From NCBI GenBank assembly GCA_964291625.2, contig OZ220089.1, positions 800,001-864,000 of the forward strand: a stretch of DNA of 64,000 nucleotides, read 5' to 3'. Below the pieces are notes generated by a model. It ran no database searches. It worked only from the letters and a program-made list of their open reading frames with translations, and was not told the origin of the DNA. Positions 59,303 to 64,000 of this stretch are shown here, one piece after another. Each line of letters opens with the position of its first letter. The first letter of the stretch is position 1. The position numbers and the translations under genes were made by a program. This stretch comes from Candidatus Latescibacterota bacterium. Lineage in GTDB: Bacteria > Latescibacterota > UBA2968 > UBA8231.

Positions 59303-60627
59303 CGGAAGACCTCCTTGGGCGGCGAGTTCGGCGGCCAGTAGCCCTCCGGGTCCTCGTCCCACTCGCGGCCGCACATGCGCGAGATCACCTTCCACTCCGC
59401 CGCCGTCAGGTGGCCGTGGTTGTGGAACAGGAAGCGCCGCAGGCCCGCCCCCTCCGAGGCCTCGAGGATTCGCTTGAGGTCCCCCGCCGTCATCGGGTCG
59501 CCGCGGTGGGGCATGCGCCCCGTGTCCACCCAGGGCAGGACCTTCTCGGGCCGGCTTGCCGCGGCCAGGGCGCGGCGCGTCTCCTCGGCCACGGTCTCGT
59601 CGAAGAAGGCCTGGGGGAAGCCGTGGTCCATGTCGGCCGTGGACTCCACCTCCGGCAGGTCGGTGCCGAACCAGGCGCGGACCACCGCGAAGCAGTCGGC
59701 CTCCGTCAGCCCCGGGTTCAGCTCCTTCACCTTCTCCACCCAGCGGGTGATCGTCCCGTAGAGGCCGTCGAAGCCGCGCTGCCAGAAGTAGTGCTTCACC
59801 AGCATCAGGTCGAGGATCTCGTCCCAGGCGGCGTAGTCGATGCCGGTGATGCCGGTGAACATGGCCGTGCGCAGGCCGTTGCCGAGGAGCAGCTCGCGCG
59901 GCAGCCGGTCGAGCTCGGCGCGGAAGGCCCGGCCCTCGGCCAGGCTCGCCTCGCGGCGCCAGCGCAGCCAGTAGAGGCCGTCCTCGCGCAGGTCGAAGAG
60001 GTTCACGGCCGACAGCATGCCGTGGTGGCCGTAGTAGCGTACCCGCCGGGGGGTGAGCCGCGAGAACGCCTCCATCAGCTGCCGGCGGCCATTCTCCAGG
60101 TGGTCCGCGTCGTGGCCGGTGACCTCCGCCCGGCGGCGGTCGGCGGCGGTGAGCTCGCGGAAGACGGCGCCGTACTCGTAGGGCAGCTCCGCCCAGCCGT
60201 CCATGACCCCGCCGTCGGCCTGGGGGAAGGCCGAGAACACGTCCTCCCACACGGCGGCGTGGGACAGGGCGCCGAGGGGATCGTGCCCGGGCGGCGCCGA
60301 GACGCGGTGGGTGCTCTGGCCGGGGCAGAACACGAGGACCGGCCAGCCCCGGCCCTTGGCGTCGTCGAGCATGGCGTGGAGCTGCTTCTCCCGGACCGCG
60401 TCGGGCTCCGCCGAAGCCGGGGCCAGCTCCAGGCCGCGGCGGCGGAAGGGCTCCGGGTCGGGGCGGAAGGCCGGCACCGTGAACCCGCCCTTGCCGTCGG
60501 CGAAGACCAGCCGCCCGAAGACGAGGCCGCGGATGCCGCCCGCGTCCCAGGCGTCGAGAATGCGCTCGTAGTCGTCGAGGACGTTCTCCAGCGGCTGTCC
60601 GATGCGGATCCAGGGTACCAACGCCAT
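59299..60627 (-). CDS. Hypothetical protein (possible TIM-barrel enzyme)
   Basis: 442-aa protein-like ORF with GGAG RBS, coupled to neighbours; no motif recognised. Confidence 0.75.
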   Translation of the reverse strand: MALVPWIRIGQPLENVLDDYERILDAWDAGGIRGLVFGRLVFADGKGGFTVPAFRPDPEPFRRRGLELAPASAEPDAVREKQLHAMLDDAKGRGWPVLVFCPGQSTHRVSAPPGHDPLGALSHAAVWEDVFSAFPQADGGVMDGWAELPYEYGAVFRELTAADRRRAEVTGHDADHLENGRRQLMEAFSRLTPRRVRYYGHHGMLSAVNLFDLREDGLYWLRWRREASLAEGRAFRAELDRLPRELLLGNGLRTAMFTGITGIDYAAWDEILDLMLVKHYFWQRGFDGLYGTITRWVEKVKELNPGLTEADCFAVVRAWFGTDLPEVESTADMDHGFPQAFFDETVAEETRRALAAASRPEKVLPWVDTGRMPHRGDPMTAGDLKRILEASEGAGLRRFLFHNHGHLTAAEWKVISRMCGREWDEDPEGYWPPNSPPKEVFR

Positions 60628-60630
60628 GAT

Positions 60631-61353
60631 CTATCTCCCTCCGCGGGCGGTGCTGTCCGCGGCGCCGGCGGTCGAGTCCGCCATGGCCCCGTACTGCTCC
60701 AGCAGCAGCAGTCTCTCCTGCTCCTGCCGGCGTTTCCACCTCGCCTGCTCCAGGCGCCCCAGCTCCAGCCGCTGGGAGGCGGTGAGCAGCTCCTCGAAGC
60801 CGGTCCGGTAGCGCTCCTGGAACACCTCGTAGTCGTCAAGGGACGGTGGGCGCCCTGCCTTCTTGAGGGCGGCCACCTCCTCGCGCAGCTCCGTCAGCAG
60901 CTGCAGCCACTGCCGCCGCTGCTCCGGCGACAGGTAGAGGACGTCCGCCAGCCCCATGGGCTCCACGTGCTGTCCGGGATCGAGCCGCCGCTCGCGCTGG
61001 TAGCGGCGGGCGCGGTCGATGAGGGCCAGCTGGTCCTTGGTGAGCACCCGGTCCCGCCCCGCCCGGTAGGCGTCGATGGCCTGGCGGTAGCGCACCCGCC
61101 CCCCCCGGGGCGAGATGCGGCCCTCCTCGATCTGGAGGCGCAGCAGGTCGAGCTCCTCCTGCAGGCGCCGTCTCGGATCCCTCAGAGCCTGCCGCTGGGC
61201 GTCGCCGAGGTCGAGGGCCAGCATCAGGCGGCGGTGGAAGTCCTCCCGGAGGCTGTCGCCGGGGGCCGGAGAGGGCGGCTGTCCCGAGGCGGGACCGGCG
61301 GCGAGGAGGGAGAGCATGAGCAGGCCGGCGAGGGGCCCCGTGGGTGAGCGCAT
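60631..61353 (-). CDS. Secreted helical protein with Spy/CpxP-like LTxxQ motifs
   Basis: Signal peptide, LGDAQ/LTKDQ/LSPEQ/LTASQ repeats; start ATG 61353. Confidence 0.65.
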   Translation of the reverse strand: MRSPTGPLAGLLMLSLLAAGPASGQPPSPAPGDSLREDFHRRLMLALDLGDAQRQALRDPRRRLQEELDLLRLQIEEGRISPRGGRVRYRQAIDAYRAGRDRVLTKDQLALIDRARRYQRERRLDPGQHVEPMGLADVLYLSPEQRRQWLQLLTELREEVAALKKAGRPPSLDDYEVFQERYRTGFEELLTASQRLELGRLEQARWKRRQEQERLLLLEQYGAMADSTAGAADSTARGGR

Positions 61354-62221
61354 CAAACCTCGATCGCCTGGTCCAGGGCCCGCATGTACCCGACGGTCCA
61401 CGCCAGCCCCGCCGCCGAGTCGCCGGCGATGGACGGGTAGTGCTCGGGGTAGACCTGGCCCTTGTAGCCGATCTGCTTGAGGGCCCGGAAGCAGCCCGCC
61501 ATGTCGACCTCGCCGGTGCCGAAGGCGACCTCCAGGTAGCCGAGCCGCTCGAAGCGCTCGCGCAGCTCCGCCGGCACCGGTCCGGCCGGGCGGGTCTCCA
61601 CGTCGCGGGCGTGGAACATGAAGATGCGGTCCCCGTAGTCGAGGATGTTGGCCACCAGGTCGTCGCCGGCCATCTGCGACTTGCCCTGGCAGAAGGTGAC
61701 GCCGCTGTTGGCGCTGGGGGCCTCGTCGAAAAGCCGTGTCATCGACTCGTAGTTCCACAACAGGCGGTCGGGAACGTGATAGTGATGGGTGGAGATCTTC
61801 ACTCCCGCGGCCTCGGCGCGCTCGGCCAGGCCGCGGTAGTACTCGACCAGCCCCTGCCACAGGGCGGCGCGCTCGCCATCGTCGGAGAGGGGGTCGACGT
61901 GAGGTAGAAGTGCACATAGGGCACGCCCGCGGTCCCCATCGACTCCAGCAGCCGGCCGATGGACTCCAGCTCGCGCCCGCGAGTCCCGGCGTCGGCGAAG
62001 GCCTGCTGGGGCACCCGGGGCGGCGTCAGGGCCGCCAGGGTCACGCCCTCCGCGGCGTACTCTCCGGCCAGGCGGGCCAGGTCTGCCGCGGCCGGCGAGC
62101 CCTCGCCGCCGCACGCGTCGGAGACTCTCAGCACGATGTGGCGCACCGCCGTGTCGCGGCAGAAGGCCCGGTTGCGCTCGTGGTCCCCTCCGAAGGGGGC
62201 GAAAACACCTATGTCCAGCAT
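61353..62221 (-). CDS. Mannonate dehydratase-like / xylose-isomerase-like TIM barrel protein; apparent frameshift at ~61900
   Basis: AEAAGVKI..H, GVTFCQG, IFMFHARDV, GEVDM...LKQIGYKG..YPEH; N-terminus MLDIGVF from ATG 62221 in another frame. Confidence 0.75.
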
Positions 62222-62291
62222 GTGGTCCCTCTCTCTCCCGGGGCGGCATCGAAGGATAGTCACGGCGGAGGGGCGCCGCTGAAGGCCGGCC

Positions 62292-62325
62292 AAAAAAAAA
62301 CCGGCGCGCCGCTGCGACGCGCCGG
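62292..62325 (-). terminator. Rho-independent terminator
   Basis: Stem CCGGCGCG (62301-62308) / CGCGCCGG (62318-62325) followed by U9 on the minus strand. Confidence 0.85.
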
Positions 62326-62401
62326 GATACCACTTGGGCGCCGGCGAACCGCCGGCGCCGCGCCAGGTGGGCGACCACCTGGACCTACAGAAACCGTCAG
62401 G

Positions 62402-62440
62402 TCAGGTGGTCGCACCTCCTGCGGGTATACAACTGCTCAC
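62402..62440 (-). CDS. Putative 12-aa peptide MSSCIPAGGATT
   Basis: GTG AGC AGT TGT ATA CCC GCA GGA GGT GCG ACC ACC TGA preceded by GAAAGGAGGTGGTCC. Confidence 0.4.
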   Translation of the reverse strand: MSSCIPAGGATT

Positions 62441-62647
62441 GGACCACCTCCTTTCGTATCGGCTGCGAGAGCCCTGTACACCGGCACCGGATTTGCCGGG
62501 GTGCCGCCGCAAGAGTGGGCCCGCGCGCTCATCCCTGGCCCTGCAGCGTTCGCCCGAAGGGCGGGATCAGGGGCCAGTTGGCATTCTGCCCGGGGCCGGC
62601 GTCCTTCGCCGGCCCTGCGTGCGCGGTGTTTGTGGCCGCGCCTCGCT

Positions 62648-62677
62648 AATCTACCTCGCCGCCCGAAACGAAGTCAA
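62648..62677 (-). promoter_or_regulatory. Candidate sigma70 promoter
   Basis: TTGACT-18 nt-TAGATT on the minus strand, conspicuous in a high-GC background. Confidence 0.6.
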
Positions 62678-62696
62678 GAAGTTGTACACTTGAATC

Positions 62697-64000
62697 ATGA
62701 ATCAGAGCGCCCACACCGAGGTCGCCATCGTCGGCGGCGGTCTCTGGGGCCTGGCGGCGGCCCACTTCCTGCGCCGGCTGGCTCCGGAGAGCGAGGTCTC
62801 GGTCTTCGAGGCGGCCCCGCGGCCGGGCGGCGCCGTGCGCACCCTTCGCCGCGACGGGTTCCTCTTCGACGCCGGCCCCTCCAGCCTCCTCGACAACTCC
62901 CCGGATCTGCGCCGGCTGCTGGCCGACAGCGGCCTGGCCGGACACGTGATCGAGGCGCGGGAGGCCGCCGCCCGGAACCGCTTCATCCTCCGCGCCGGCG
63001 GCCTGCGGCGGGTCCCGGCGAGCCCCCCGGCGCTGCTGCGGTCGGACCTGCTGTCGGCCGCGGCCAAGCTGCGCGTGGCCCGCGAGCCCCTGGTGCGGCG
63101 GGCACCGGCCGACGCCGAGGAGAGCCTGGAGGAGTTCGTCCGGCGCCGCCTCGGCCGGGAGTTCGTCGACTACGGCGCCGATCCCTTCGTGGCCGGCACC
63201 TTCGCGGGATCTCCCTCGGAGCTGTGCGTGCGCTCCGCCTTCCCGGGCCTGTGGCGTCTGGAGCAGGAGCACGGCAGCCTGATCCGCGGCGCCGCCGGCC
63301 GGTCCCGGAGGCGCGGAGAGCCCGCCGGCGCCGGACCCGGCGGCGGCATCGCCAGCTTCAGCGGCGGCATGCAGACCCTGGTGGAGGGGCTGGCCGCGCC
63401 CCTCGGAGAGCGGCTGCGCACCCGCGCCCGGCTGACCTCCGTGAGCCGCGGGCCCGGCGGCTTCCGCCTCGCCTTCGAGGGGCCCGGGGCCCCCGCCCGG
63501 GTCACCGCCCGCGCCGTCCTGCTGACCCTGCCGGCCCACGCCTACCGGGAGCTGCGCCTCGACACGGACGTGCCCGAGGGCCTGGCCGGGATCCCCTATC
63601 CCCCGGTGACGGCGGTGTTCTTCGGGTACACGCGGCATCCCCTGGACCCGCCGCCGGAGGGCCTCGGCTTCCTGGTGCCGCGCGTCGAGGGGCGCCGCAT
63701 CCTGGGCACGTTCTGGAACTCCTCGGCCTTCGTGGGACGGGCGCCGGAGGGCGGCGCCGCCTTCACCACCTTCGTCGGCGGCCGCCGCCAGCCGCAGATC
63801 GCCGCCTGGGACGACGGCCGCCTCGCCGAGACCGTCCGCGGCGAGCTGCGCGAGCTGATGGGGGTGGAGCCGGCGCCGGACGTGGTCCTCATCCACCGGT
63901 GGAAGCGGGCGATCCCCCAGTACGTCGTCGGCCACCGCGCCCTCATGGCCGGGATCGACCGCCTGGAGGCCGGCTGCCCGGGCCTGTTCGTGGGCGGCAA
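62697..64000 (+). CDS. hemG: Protoporphyrinogen/coproporphyrinogen oxidase (HemG/HemY-type FAD enzyme), 3' truncated by window end
   Basis: Own translation: MNQSAHTEVAIVGGGLWGLAAA...FEA..RPGG..T...DGFLFDAGP...GFLVP...ILG..WNS...RWKRAIPQYVVGH. Confidence 0.9.
   Translation, partial: MNQSAHTEVAIVGGGLWGLAAAHFLRRLAPESEVSVFEAAPRPGGAVRTLRRDGFLFDAGPSSLLDNSPDLRRLLADSGLAGHVIEAREAAARNRFILRAGGLRRVPASPPALLRSDLLSAAAKLRVAREPLVRRAPADAEESLEEFVRRRLGREFVDYGADPFVAGTFAGSPSELCVRSAFPGLWRLEQEHGSLIRGAAGRSRRRGEPAGAGPGGGIASFSGGMQTLVEGLAAPLGERLRTRARLTSVSRGPGGFRLAFEGPGAPARVTARAVLLTLPAHAYRELRLDTDVPEGLAGIPYPPVTAVFFGYTRHPLDPPPEGLGFLVPRVEGRRILGTFWNSSAFVGRAPEGGAAFTTFVGGRRQPQIAAWDDGRLAETVRGELRELMGVEPAPDVVLIHRWKRAIPQYVVGHRALMAGIDRLEAGCPGLFVGG

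Larger units (their letters stand above)
62292..62641 (-). ncRNA. Candidate ~350-nt structured RNA / leader transcript, family not recognised
   Basis: Bounded by a promoter and a U9 terminator; at least seven GC-rich hairpins; contains an extended SD and a 12-codon ORF. Confidence 0.5.

Noticed and set aside
62425-62460. GGACCACCTCCTTTC resembling the 16S rRNA 3' end on the plus strand
   Set aside because: Flanks show no rRNA helix 44/45 sequence; better explained as an extended SD on the minus strand
62292-62641. tmRNA, RNase P, SRP or 6S identity for the structured RNA
   Set aside because: No tRNA-Ala-like termini or CCA, no GAGGAAAGUCC, no SRP core, and not a single long rod; judged by eye only
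1-64000. CRISPR array, prophage, IS, integron, tRNA
   Set aside because: No regularly spaced repeats, cas, integrase, transposase or cloverleaf seen

Overview
High-GC bacterial genomic window of about 55 genes, mostly on the minus strand. No rRNA, tRNA, CRISPR array, integrase or transposase is visible. Content is dominated by carbohydrate and organic-matter catabolism: Gfo/Idh/MocA oxidoreductases, GH32, a BNR sialidase-like protein, CE7 esterases, a sulfatase, a PL10-like lyase, PhyH dioxygenases, and SSS/MFS/Opp transporters. Secreted proteins with PNPFN/FlgD-Ig C-terminal domains, a PorV-like barrel and eukaryote-like proteins (collagen-trypsin, FG-GAP/ASPIC-TPR, TMTC-like, ERG4/ERG24 sterol reductase) suggest an FCB-group organism (Latescibacterota/Gemmatimonadota-like), possibly a sponge symbiont; this is inference only. 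Two lower-GC cassettes encode an XRE-IrrE/ImmA + DUF4411 PIN pair and a type II R-M pair. About seven frameshifts, mostly in G/C runs, point to long-read consensus errors. The most intriguing unannotated element is a ~350-nt structured minus-strand transcription unit at 62292-62641. It has a sigma70-like promoter, a 12-codon ORF behind a 14-nt SD complementary to the 16S 3' tail, mutually exclusive hairpins and a U9 terminator. Other candidates are an active/inactive CE7 esterase pair and a secreted Cache-Cache-CTD protein with no output domain.
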